Made by a program: the position numbers and the translations under genes. A stretch of 64,000 bases of DNA, from NCBI GenBank assembly GCA_030265395.1, contig JARFYF010000036.1, forward strand, positions 41,784,099-41,848,098, in the 5' to 3' direction. Origin of the DNA: Rhina ancylostomus. Taxonomy: Eukaryota. Position 1 is the first letter of the stretch. Each line of letters starts with the position of its first letter. Positions 11,981 to 24,328 of this stretch are shown here, piece by piece. The notes beneath the pieces are model-generated. The model searched no databases. It saw only the letters and a list, made by a program, of their open reading frames with translations, and had not been told where the DNA came from.

Positions 11981-14687
11981 CCCCATCAAACCGATGCTTT
12001 ACAAACAATTACTTTTTTTTTGGGAAGCGCCCAGTTGTTGTTCGAGGGAACAGAGATCCCAGAGACCAGGCCAATACTGCAGTGATAGCAAGCGGGTAGA
12101 CAAGTTCCACTTAAAATGTTCACAAATCACTTCAGTAAACATTCAGTTTCTTCCCATCAGATACTGTCGCCATCGTTTTGGAAGAGGTCAGAATTGAAGG
12201 GCATGGTTAATGGGGGTAATGTCCCGGGGGTGGGTCGGGGGGGAGGAGGGTGAGTAATCAACCTCTCCCAGTCCATCTCCTCCCCTCAATGTACCATTCT
12301 CGCAGGAGCCGCGGTGGCAGAGTTTGCAACACCAACATCCCAATCGATGCTAGTGTCGATCGGAATCGGGACAATAATTAGGAAAGGTTAACTGACAGCT
12401 CGTTTGGTGCCGAGACGGTTGATCTCGGGTGGTCAGGAGTGGGACAGGGAACAGCAACGCTCTCCCACCTCATTTCTTCCACTCTAGCCTTGCCACAAAG
12501 TCTGTGGCTAACTAGATGATGCCCCCTGGCGTGGAACAGCCCTAGCCAATAAACGATGAATAAAAATTTAAGTCAGGGATAGGGCAGGATGTTGAGCGGA
12601 CCCCGAGCTGGGATCTCCCCCTCTGCTGGGGGTGAACTCGCACAACTTAGCGAGGTCACTCAAGCAACACCACAAAGACAGACCCCCTCCCCCCACGCCA
12701 CACACACATTATCATTGCCTTCCATCCTCACCCAGTTACCTCAGGCAAGGTCACAGTCAGTCAGCCAACCTCCAACTCCCCCGTCCACACCATCCAGCAC
12801 ATCGCTAATCGTTTTGCATTAATATTAAAGTGGTGCAAACTACAGCACATTCCCAATCCCAGCAAGTTCAGCTCCTGGGTTACAACACCACTCGAGGAAC
12901 ACAACACCCACTCACAGTTCTCCGACAGTCGGACAGACAGGGACAAACAGCTGTCCCGCCTCCGACGCACACAACCTGTGTGGAGGCGGCAGGTGCTCTC
13001 GCAATTCAGCAATCTGGACCAGCACTTGAATCGCAAGGCACGCAAAGTTAGAGACCAAGGGCTGGTAAACGGGATTAGTATAGGTGGCTCAGCCTCGACA
13101 TGATGGGTTGAAGGGCCTGTTCCTGTACTCTGTGATTATGACCAAATAGAAACTGAAAATGTAAAGTTTTTCACCCTTTGTAATTCAATCGAACATAAAC
13201 TAAGAGTTTAACGTTCCAGACGGTGCGATTTAAGGCGAGGATACTGAACACAAACATGATGAGGGCGGAGACAGAAGAATGTTAAATGATAACCTTTGGA
13301 AATTAGGCTCCATTTTTAATAATTTACTACGATTTTTTTCTAAATTAATGGGTGGGGAGGGGTAGTTCTTAATAGTGAGGTGTTGTAATCTACCTCAAAG
13401 ATTCAAAATAACCTTCTAAAGTAAATGTTATAAATAGTTGGGAGGGGAAATGATGGAATGGTGGGCAAAGAGAAGGGAGAAGAGGGTCTAAATTGGAGAG
13501 CTCTTCAACAAGCTAGCACACATACGACGGGCCGAAAGGCTCCGTGTACGATTCTCTTATTTTGCTCGCCTGTAAAGATTCGTGAAGGAGGCGCTCCCCC
13601 TCAGGGGAACGTTTCCCAAATAACCGGAGTGGTCCAGGGAAAAGGCAGGACTCCAGCTCAGCGGAAGTAAATGAACAGGAACTACTGCAAAATGAACACC
13701 TCCAGCAAATTTCCGAGGATGCCATGTGTAGCGGCGGGGCATTTACCCGCCCTCCCACCACTCACCGTTGAGGGTGGAGTCGGCGATCTCCAGCGGCGGG
13801 AGAACACACCGACTACTGGGAATAATCAACCAACCTCAGGTTTAAAGAATCTGCTCAAAAGACGCCGCTCACTTCCTTGTAAATCCAAGACGTTAGCGAG
13901 CAACTCTATTCACCAGTACACTTCCTCCCTGCTGGAACAGTTTCAATGGGTCTCCTCCCCAACCATATTCCACGCAACCTCCTTACTTACAATGGCAAGG
14001 CAGCCTCCAGTAACTGCAGGATTCCAAGTACGCCGAATCTTTACAGGATTTCTCCTAGCTGGATGCTGGGTTTTTGTTTTAAGAGAGTCTGGGTGAGGTA
14101 TGACAGATCCTTGAGGCGGACCGATGTTTGTACTGTTTGCGCTTTGCGGAGTCGCAGCACACACCGAGAGTGGCTCCACAACGCCGAGGGTCCCCTTCAC
14201 CACTGAATCAATAATACTTTTCAGACTTGATCAGAAGATTGGAAGGCAGCAGGTGAAACAACTTCAGCTTCACGCTGACGCGAGGAGACCCGTAAATGGG
14301 CTCTCTAATTAGCCCTACTCCCACGGATTTCCCCCAGAACTCTGGTTTCAGTATTTTAATCCAATTCGCTTTTGATGTTATTGAATCGACTCCTGCTGCC
14401 CTTCAATTAAAAATCTCCCTACCCAAATCTAATTGGATGGTTTTAGCACTCTTTGGATGTAATGAAACGACTCAAATGCTTTATATTGATGAACAGAAAC
14501 AAGGAGATAAAACCAAAACCGGACAATGTCGTGGGGAAATGGAAGTTGGAAAAAAACGTTGGAAGACAATTTTCTGAGATGTACGAAAGCAGGGGGTGGG
14601 AGGTGAGGTGGCGGTAGTGGTAAGAGCGGGAGGAATTGACTTGTAAACAGTGAAAGGGATTCACGACGCACAGGGTCACTGTGTGTG

Positions 14688-15087
14688 ACAGAACGTAGGA
14701 GACTGAGAGGTGATCATCTAGAGGTGTATAAAATCATGAGGGCCATAGACAGGGTGAATGCACTCAGTCTTTTTCTCAGGGTTGGGGGATCAAGAACTAA
14801 AGGGCATAAGTTTAAAATGAGAGGGGAAAGATTTAATAGGAACTTGAGGGACAACTTTCGTTTGTTTAAACACGAAGAACATGTATGTGGAATGAGGTAC
14901 CAGAGGAAGGGGTTGAGGCAGGTACAATAACAACTCTTAAAAGACAGTTGGACAGATACATGGGTTGTAAAGGTTTAGAAGGTTACGGGCCAAACGCTGG
15001 AAAATGAGACTAGCTTGGATGGGGCATCTTTGTCAGCATGGACCAGTTGGGCCGAAGGGCCTGCTTCCGTGCTGTACGACTCTATAA
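14688..15087 (+). mobile_element. CR1/HER1 LINE 3' end
   Basis: ERRRLRGDHLEVYKIMRAIDRVN...RTKGHKFKMRGERF, followed by the gggccgaagggcctg tail. Confidence 0.85.
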
Positions 15088-15829
15088 CAGGTGTTATCAG
15101 GCCAAACAGTAACGAGACGCTGCAATGGATCAGGCTGGAAAGTAGATGCTTACTTGCTAAATCTATTAGGTTAAACTGATAACTGAGGTTTGTTAAACCA
15201 TACTTTAACACTACTTTGTACGATCAGTGGCCCAGTAAGGCTCCACAATCACTTTCAATACGTATCCAATTCTCTAAATCCTAAACCATATTTACAGTCT
15301 GACGCAGGCTGTCCTTGGTTCTACCCGACTTTCACTCAAAACTCATTTTGGACTTACCACTTCGTAAATTCTTCACCGCTTATCAGTGACTGGTTTAAAT
15401 ACCCAAGGGAATCGGGAGTCTTAGTTGTAACTCGCCATAAAGTGTGGTTATTTTAAGAGAACTGGCCTTAACCAAAATATTAAGATTTTCAGCACATTTT
15501 GAAATGCTAACACCAACTCTGACTTAAATGGGGGATTTGGTTGAAATTAAATTCTGAAATTTATTATAAACTTAACAGAGGGCCTGGAACCTGCCCAGAA
15601 CTGCTTTGCTCCCTCATTTGAGATCAGTAAAATCTACTGATGGTAAACACATTTACACTGCAACAAAATTTTTTAAAAGGTTTTTGGAACACAAGATGCA
15701 AAAAATATTGAGCTTAAAATCACAAGGTAAATATACACATCAGGTGAAGGTAAATTCTAGGTTTGAGAATGAATTTTATATAAACACCAATTATCAATCA
15801 TCACTAATTCCATTTAAATGCTATGGTTA

Positions 15830-16050
15830 GCTGGTAGCACCCTTGGTCCTTTAAAGTTTCTAGGTTTGAATCCACTACAGTTCTGTGGTTAGCAACAGAG
15901 GGAAATCTGTATTGCTTCCCCCCCCCACCCCCCACTATCTGGCTATTCCATCAGTTGAAGTGGATGTGAAAAGATCCAATGCAGCTATTCAAAGAAGAAC
16001 AGAAAATTTTCCTTGTCTTTCAATCAACTTTCCTTCCTCAACCAACCGAT
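15830..16050 (+). mobile_element. DeuSINE (SacSINE1/AmnSINE1-like) fragment
   Basis: Deu-domain-like gtggatgtgaaaagatccaatgcagctattcaaagaagaacag...ctcaaccaac. Confidence 0.6.
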
Positions 16051-16104
16051 TGGCCACAATTTATACATGATTAAAACTGATTCTGGGGATCTGGTGTCAC
16101 CAGG

Positions 16105-17400
16105 AAGGCTAGCATTTTATCACCATCTCTAATTGTCTTGTGAAACGGTGAGCCACCTTCTTGAACCACCGCAGTTCTTCTGCTGAAGATACTCCCAGTG
16201 TTGTGAGGGTCATACAACACAGAAACAGGCTCAACTTGTCCATCCTGACCAAGCTGCTCACCTCAGCTAGTCCCATTAGCCTGCATTTGGCCCATATCCC
16301 TCTCAACCTTTCCTATCCATGTACTTATCCTAAGGTCATCTAAATGCTGTCATTGTACCCACCTCAACTACTTTTGCAGCTCATTCCATACATACACCAC
16401 TCTCTGCATGAAGTAGTTGCCCCTCAGGTCCCTTTTAAATCTTTCTCCTCTCACCATAAACCTACGTCCTCTAGTTTTTGGCCCTTCTTCCCTGGGAAAA
16501 AGACTGTGCATTCACAGTATTTCTGCCCCTCATGATTTTATACACCTCTATAAAGGTCACCTTCAAATCCCCTACATTCCAAGGAATAACCCAGGCCCTT
16601 GAGTCCAGGCAACATTCTCTCAAACCTTCTTAGCACTCTTTCCAACTCAATGTCTTTCCTATAACAGGCCAAGCAGTACAGAACACAGCAACTCCAAGCA
16701 CGGCCTCACCAATGTCTTGTACAACTGTTGCTAAGAAGTTTCCGGATTTGGACCCAGCAACAATGAAGGACCGGTGATATACTTCCAAGATGGTGAGAGA
16801 CTTGGAGGGGGACTTGCAGGTGGTGGTGCTCTCAAGCTCCTACAGCCCTTGTCCTTGGTGGTAGAGTTTGCAGGTTTGGGCAGTGCTGTCAGAGTAGCTT
16901 GGGCCAGTAACTGCAGTAATTCTGTAGCTGGTACACACTGCAGTCACAATGCAGCAGTGGTGGAAGGAATGAATGCGGATGGATTGCCAATCAAGCAGGC
17001 TGCTTTGTCCTGGATGGTGTTGAGTTTCTTGATTGTTGTTGGTGCTGGACTCATCCAGGCTTGTGGAGACTATTTCATCACATTCACGACTTGTACCTTG
17101 TAGATGGTTGGAAGGTGGTGAGTCACTTGTTTCAGGATACCCAGCCCCTGACCTGCTCTTGTTGCCAGAGGATTCATATGGCTGGTCCAGTTGTGTTTCT
17201 GGTCAATGGTTGTTGATAGTGGGAGACTTCATGCTGGTGATGCCACTGAATGTCAAGGGTTGGTGGTTAAGCTCTTTCATTGTGGAGATGATTATTGCCT
17301 GGCAAGTGTGTGATACAAATGTTGCTTGCTACTTACCAGCCCATGTTGTCTAGTATTTGCTGCACACAAGCACAGCCTGCTTCATTTTCTAATGACTGCT
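16105..17400 (-). mobile_element. CR1/L2-clade LINE 3' part with a nested CR1/HER1 fragment (~16200-16728)
   Basis: Reverse complement of the motifs at 1100-1565; nested segment is a reversed CR1 tail and RT end. Confidence 0.7.
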
Positions 17401-17659
17401 CTTCTAAAGTAATAAACCCATGTTTATGAAGTTTTTTTTGTACAGTCTGAGGTTGTGAGGAAGTACTTACAATAAATAATTTTTGAAGAATTTGTACCTC
17501 AGCTTGAAAGAAGATATTTAGCCAGTGAACCCAGTCTCCCCAGTTCTTACAAAATATCTTGCCAGTGCAACCAGGAACTAGTTATATATTAAGTTACTCA
17601 ATGGAATAACACTTTTTGCAAAAACTTTTCCAAAATGTGTGTTGTATCCACGTCATTCG

Positions 17660-17987
17660 GGTGACAGAGGTATAGCTAGTAGAGCTGCTCTCTTGCAGCT
17701 CTATTGAGCCAGGTTCAATCTTGATCTCCAGTGCAGTCTGTACGGAGTTTGCACATTCTCCCTGTGACCGCGTGGGCTTCCTCTGGTTGCTCAGGTTTTC
17801 TCCCACATACCAAAGAAGTGCAGGTTGTTGGTAAGTTAAATGGTTTAAATCCCCTAGTTCGTGGATGAGTGATAGAAATTGAGGGGAGTTGTTGGGAATG
17901 TGGAGTACGAAAAAGATTAGTAAAGATTTTATGATACTCAACAAGGTCTCAATGGGCCAAAGTGCCTGATTCTGTGCTGTATGACAA
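17660..17987 (+). mobile_element. HE1/V-SINE-type SINE, near full length
   Basis: tRNA-like head with ggttcaatc B-box-like motif, central gtacggagtttgcacattctccctgtgaccgcgtggg domain, CR1-derived tail. Confidence 0.8.
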
Positions 17988-20190
17988 TGTTATTTCATAT
18001 AAGTTTATATAATTCTAGCACTACACTCTGCTAGAAAGAATAACCTTAATATGGGTTGCTGATTACTGTTTGCAGAAGTTATCATCCTTACAGCTCTAAC
18101 CTAGTTTGAGATATAATCCTCCCTTTGACAGTAACACGAACAGAGCCAACACTCATGATGCTCCAATCTACAATAAATAGAAATGGACAGCATCTTTAAT
18201 CAAGTACTGCTGTATAAACTAAAAAAAATCTGGAGTGCTAATGAAGTAAGGGGTAGTAAGGAAAGGTTGTAATTATGGTTTCACTGTTACTCAATTGTTA
18301 GGGAATTTTCAAAAATCTGACAAAGACATCAGTACATTCACAGACAAATTGTATTGCTTTTATAAAACAAAGACAATCATTGCATGTTGGACCTGGGAAG
18401 GTACTGAACGATGGGAGTGATGGTGCACCTGAAAGGAAAATTTCCCTATCAATATGTTTCCACGAGCTCAAGAGGTGCAATCGGAAATTTTCGGGATTCC
18501 AAGTGCTCACCATCATCTCTGTACGTCATGCAGATGTTCTCTTGCCACTGTCGTCTCTCATGTGTAGACACAAATCAGTATGTGCATTTGCTGAGTCAGT
18601 GGCCAAGGATGGGATCAGCAAAGAACGAAAGGTAAAGTTCATAAACTAAGGTTTAAATAGTACATTCCAAGATTGGATTGTAGAACATGTCTCAATTTAG
18701 AAAGATATCAATTAAAGCACCACTCAAGATCTTTACAATAGACTACCTTAGGGATTAATTTCTGCAATTTACTGCTAATTCACACAACAGACATAGCATT
18801 AATAGAGATGGAATTATTTCTGATCCATTGGTACTGCAAGATTATCAGGAAATAATGGCCATTTTATGAAGGAACAATATCCTAACTAGTGTTTAAGGCT
18901 CTTGATTTGCGTTTGAGCTGACAAATTCAAACCCACCATCACTAACTGTGAAGCTTAATTTAGCTGGCACCCTATGAAAGCAATTGTAAAAACCTAACTG
19001 ATTTAAAGAAGGGGCTTGCCAAATGTGACTCTGGTCACTCTACACTGCTAACTCTTCATACTTTCAGGGCAACAAACAGCCAATTTCATGCAGATTTCCA
19101 AAATAAACTTGAATAAAAAATACTACTTCTGGCACAGAATGAACCAAAGCTTGTCTACTAAGATAATACTGTAAATAGTAGGAGGTTGTCAGCGATTGCT
19201 GCTGTTGCAGAGCCTTTAAATGGGCTCTAGAGACTATTGGATGCATTTAATGTGAGAATGAAAAGGAGCAGAAGGTAAATAGAAGAGGTGGAGCTGATTC
19301 CACAAAAGGAATGGGTTTGCAGGTTCTAGATGTCATTTGTTTCTAACTATTTTTGTGCTTTTAATTCAACAAGGATAAATCTCATCCCGGTCATCTCTGA
19401 AGTGTACAGGATTGATCACATTTTATCAGTTACACAGAAAACTAGTTACAAACTACATAACAGTATAAATGGTGGCAGAGTGTCCATTCTCCTTGTCAGA
19501 GTCCTGAGTTAAAATCAACTTGATCAACTGCCTCAAAAGGAGAAGAGTTGCCAATTTTGAACTGGATTGAGAGATGTAGATAGGTGAGCAGAGGGAAAAA
19601 TAAACAAAAGGTAAAACTGAGAGCATTCTGTTAATCACGGTTTAACAGTTACATAACTGCAGAGAGAACCACACAAGTAGGTTATGATGGTTGGTGCAAA
19701 GGTTTTAAACAAAAATGATACATTGCCAGTGTATCATTTTGTTGTATTTTATAAACATAAGTGTGAACCAATGGAAATTCCTAATATTTATGCTCATAAA
19801 CAGAAAANNNNNNNNAAATTAGTCAGGAGCAAACTACTCTGGTGTTAAATACAGACGGTAGTTGTTACCTGCAAACATTGAATCCACTGTGGCCAATGCA
19901 TAGTAAGCAGGGACTTAATTTACCATCAGCATGATAAAAACTGCCGAGGTGTGTCCCCAGACTTCAAGACCATAGAGGAAATATGCTGTTGCTGACTGCA
20001 TCCAAATCCTATCAGTGCCTGATGGTGAATCCTAAACATAATCCCTTATAAGCTGCTGAACTTCAGACACTGCAAGGGATCCAGAGTTAAAGCTCCATTG
20101 ATTGGTATCACGATTCCAGGCGCTGAACCCCATCCACTGCCAGACATTTCAAATTCACACGAATCCCAAATGCAATGTTCTGGAAATAAC

Positions 20191-20196
20191 TTTATT
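20191..20196 (-). promoter_or_regulatory. Candidate intronic poly(A) signal for a Dido2-like isoform
   Basis: AATAAA on the minus strand, with TGTA elements upstream (CCTGTATATTTTGTGTACAAA) and GT-rich sequence downstream. Confidence 0.5.
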
Positions 20197-21738
20197 AATA
20201 GTAGTTATGTTAAAAACAAAGTTACAATATCAAAACCAAAGAAAGCAGTTTGTACACAAAATATACAGGTGTGAAAATATTAGAAACCACCCAATTTAAA
20301 AAAAAGTGTTCCAGTAGAGTAAGTAAAAGCCAAACCCTAAATGGGCCCCGAATGTGCCATAAATATGCAATAAGTTAGGTGAGTACTCCACATCTCTAAA
20401 TAACCCAATTCATTTCTGCCTGTAGCATTACCAAAGTAACATGCATCACAAACGCCTTCAAAGAAAAACTAAGAAACTTTGTTTCTTTTTATATGAAACA
20501 TACGTAATTAGAAATATTAGCTGCTGATATATGCTGATGGGATACTGGTTAAAATTCCCATCCCTAAATTCTATTGTCTCAATGTACTGTGCTATAAGGG
20601 CTGCTATATTTGAGTCTAGTTCCTTGAATGCTGCACTGCATTGGCCAGGTAATTTAACATTCAAATTGAAGTCTAACAGAAGAATGATGGCGTAAAAAAA
20701 AGCAAAAGCATAATTCAATGCAAACCCTATGAGAAGTAAAAAGCTGTAATACGATGGAATGCCAGAAAAAAACTTGACCTGTTTGTATAAAGAGTTTATA
20801 GTAAGATAAACCTGAAGTACAAAGTGAATTCATATTCATTTATACCTCTGCTCACCTCCATCGAAAGTACTGTATGCCACGCAAGTGATGGTCCTTTCAA
20901 ACTGAATGGACTTACCTTCTTAGTCTTTAAGCTGCTCCAGTAGTTTTAGCACAAGCCAAAAAATAAAACCTTGAAGTGCTCCATCTATTTGTTAGGCAAG
21001 ATCAAGTGATACTTGCTTCTCCCCTAGTGTCTGGATGCTGTAAGCATGCTTATGTAATGCTAGAGTGACAACATCAAACACGCAAATCCAACTGCAATCA
21101 GATTTTGCAAGCATTCTCCAAAATAACTCAACCTGATAAAATTATGTAACCATGTTTCAGAATTGATTTTAACGACTGAAAAGTCACGTGATACTAAATA
21201 GTGATTACACTGCACTGCTGCTTGTAACCCCAGAATTATTCAAGTACATAATTTACAGATTTCATTCATTCCTGTGTTTTGACTGAACAGATTCAATGTA
21301 CATATTTAATGGTGTGAAGTATGTGGCAAAGTCCTGAACACACTGCAGTATTGTGGGATGTGGGTGCAGAATGGCAAGTGATCACATAACTTCTGAATGT
21401 CACCCCTGCCATCACGGATCTACATATCCATTCAGTCAGCTTGGCTTCCCACAGATGGTGGAAAGAGAACTGCAACAAGTATAAGAGCTCTCAGATTGTG
21501 GAAGGACAGAGTTTGTGAGCAGAGTGAACTCTCACAGATAATACAAAATAAATGCCAGCGATAGGGAGAACAGTTTAAACAGTAAGTTGAAGTCTTAAAA
21601 GATGTCATTGTTTGGGTAAACGAATGGACCCCGCTGTGTGTCAGTAAAGTGCTAATGCAACTGCAAAGTCAGCAGGTTATCAGCAAGTTGCTGTTCTACT
21701 GGCATTTTGCTAACTGTTTCTAAATAATCTGCTCTTAC

Positions 21739-21934
21739 CTGGGCCCTCAAAAGGTAATAATTTGGAGGGAATCGGGTCATTAGCAGCAAGCGGAATTAGA
21801 TAGAGGTCCTTGATGTGTCTGGCGTTATTTGCCACCACGCCAAAGCGCCCCCGACTGTTGAAGTAGGAATACAACGAGATGTAGGTGACCTCCTCTTCCT
21901 CGGTGGCTGGGTGAAAACGAATGAGACAGACTTC
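21739..21934 (-). CDS. DIDO1: DIDO1 exon, SPOC domain part 3 (EVCLIRFHPATEEEEVTYISLYSYFNSRGRFGVVANNARHIKDLYLIPLAANDPIPSKLLPFEGP)
   Basis: Acceptor ATGCAG|GAA, donor CAG|GTAAGA; 196 nt, phase 0 to 1; sequence close to the DIDO1 SPOC domain. Confidence 0.97.
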
Positions 21935-23289
21935 CTGCATTTGTCATAAGAAGAAAACAAAGCAGAAATTACTCAACACAAGCCCGGCTGCAATTACAGC
22001 TGCAACTAGTAATGAGCCCTACCTACTCCACTGCCACTTCCAAACATATCTCAATCCTTGATCACAGAATGATACAAATATCAGAAGAACAGGGAATTCC
22101 CTCGAGCCTACCCCCTCCCTCCCCCATTCCATTCATTCATAGCTGATCTGCATCTCAGGTTTATTACTTGCCAAAGTGATCCTCACCAAATACCTCTGCT
22201 GTTGGTACTTAGTTATTCTAGATATCCTTGCTGTCGAGACCAATATTAATTGCCCATCCCCAAATGCCCCTTGAATTCTGTGGCTTCCTAGGCAACTATG
22301 TTAGTTAAGGTTTAACCACATTGCATTGGATCTCAAGTCACATGTAGGTCAGATGATGCAAGGACCCAGTTTTTCATCTTTGGAGGGTCATGAACAAGAT
22401 TCAACAAGAATACATAGTCTGGGTGTGAGCCGTGCCACGTCAGGTCCAACAACACATGTCCTTATATTCCCCTTGAAGGGGTACCACATGAATATTTCAT
22501 AGCTGCAGGCTCATGAGATTCTGTGACTTCAAGTAACAATGCAGATACATTAAAGTCACAAAGTGGAAGATCTTGCACAGTTAAATTATATTCAAATACT
22601 GACCAAAACAGCTTTTGGTGAGGTTGGCTCTATTTGGGCTCTTGCACCCGGGTTCAGATTAGCCAACATTGCCTATTTGGTTCTAGATACTTTCATCCAA
22701 CTCATGCAAAGCTGAAACGCTGAAATAACTGAATGTTAATAGATGGAAGAGCCAATAGATGTTAGATACCAAGATGCAAAGTGCCCCTGTGAAATGCTTT
22801 GGGTTAGATCACTGAAGTAAAAGTAGCTTTAAATTCAAGTGGTTGATTAAAATCATCCGACGTCCCAAAAGCAAAGAATATCATACAAGACCTCATAACG
22901 ATCATTTTTAATAATCTAATGAAATTGATCTATAATTTTCTCAATGTTTAACTCATCTTTCAATGATTAACTGGATAAGTCAATTTACCTTTTAAGGGAT
23001 TCAAGACGACTTTCATTAATTTTATGTGATACCACTCACAAACAAGCCTTCTGGAAATGATATATAATAATATCCTAACTACATCAAACACAGGAAGCCC
23101 AGAATTATATTAGTAATATGGTTTCAGCTGAACTGCTGTCTAAACCTTCATAGATGTCTTTGTTATCTTCAGACTTAGCTATTCCAACATCTAGCTGTAC
23201 TGCCAACTTTACCTTCCATAAACTTAAGGTAGGACAGTAATCTGCAACCTCTGCCCTAACTCGCACCGAATCCTGTTACCTGTGTGCAT

Positions 23290-23580
23290 GGTATATTGGC
23301 TCACAAATGAACTATTCAAAAATTTCATCACCGTTTCCAAACCTCTCCATGGCTTTGTCTTTCTCCTTCTCAGTAATCTCAAATCCCACAATTTTGACTT
23401 CTTGATCATCACCAAATTTAACCATTGCTTAGACCCAATTCCTTAAACCTCTCCTTTAAACTTAATTAACAATGATCCTGGTCGTATTATCTCCTTATAT
23501 CATTTGGCTAAGTTTTGTTTGCTGAGAATCCTGTGAAGAGCTTTGTTAAAGATGTGATTAAAATACAAGCTGCTGCTGTA
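23290..23580 (+). mobile_element. L2-type LINE 3' tail, decayed
   Basis: ctccatggctttg...ccttaaacctctcc...cctgtgaagagc...atacaagctgctgctgt tail; similar pieces at ~26780-26990 and ~41480-41640. Confidence 0.5.
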
Positions 23581-24238
23581 ATAGAATTTTGGGCTCAAAT
23601 AATCATTCTGAGTATAGTAGAAAATATTTATATTTCATTCTAGTACAGTGTTTCCTAATAAACACATGACAAATGATAGCATGAGGAGGAAAAGCATTTC
23701 AGCTGCAACAGATAGGCTGTTTATGTACACTGAACTATCTGTCAGGTAACTGTAGTTGTCCAGTCACTGTAAATTTAGCAAATTTATTGCTGCAGGATGA
23801 ATAATTATTTTATGGAATCCTTGCATGGTACCATCACCAGCAGCTCGTCTTCCTCCCTTTGCACATTATCCCCCCAGCTCCTCACCAATGATAACAGTGC
23901 TTCCACATTCACTAATCTATGCACCAATTTTCCAAAGGTAGCAGGGTGAAAGTGATCATTACAGTTTACAGTGTGCTGCTGGCTCATGTCTTTCAGAAGG
24001 GAGTGGTCCACACATTGTTGAATGGATCTCTTTTGCAAGAGCTGAAAAATCTGATTGACTGTGACTTGCATTGAAAAGTGAAATGGTTTATTTTAGGGTA
24101 AACTTTTCTGTAAAGCAAACAAGATTCAGAAATTATAAATCTCTGCATAAATAAGGATTAAAAGTAAAATGATGTATAGAATTTTAGGAGAACATACTTT
24201 TTTTAAAAAAAGTAATTTACAGATTAATCATGGAATAC

Positions 24239-24328
24239 CTTGGAGAGCGATGACTTCAGTTTTCCTACATAATCCCAAACCGTATGAGGCGAAATCCTGC
24301 CACCAATGTGAATTGTGTCAGGCAAATC
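24239..24328 (-). CDS. DIDO1: DIDO1 exon, SPOC domain part 2 (DLPDTIHIGGRISPHTVWDYVGKLKSSLSK)
   Basis: Absent from the ORF track; read manually. Acceptor TTTTGTTAG|GAT, donor AAG|GTATTC; 90 nt, phase 0 to 0. Confidence 0.96.

Noticed and set aside
17660-17740. tRNA gene
   Set aside because: tRNA-derived SINE head; no complete cloverleaf and it runs directly into the SINE body
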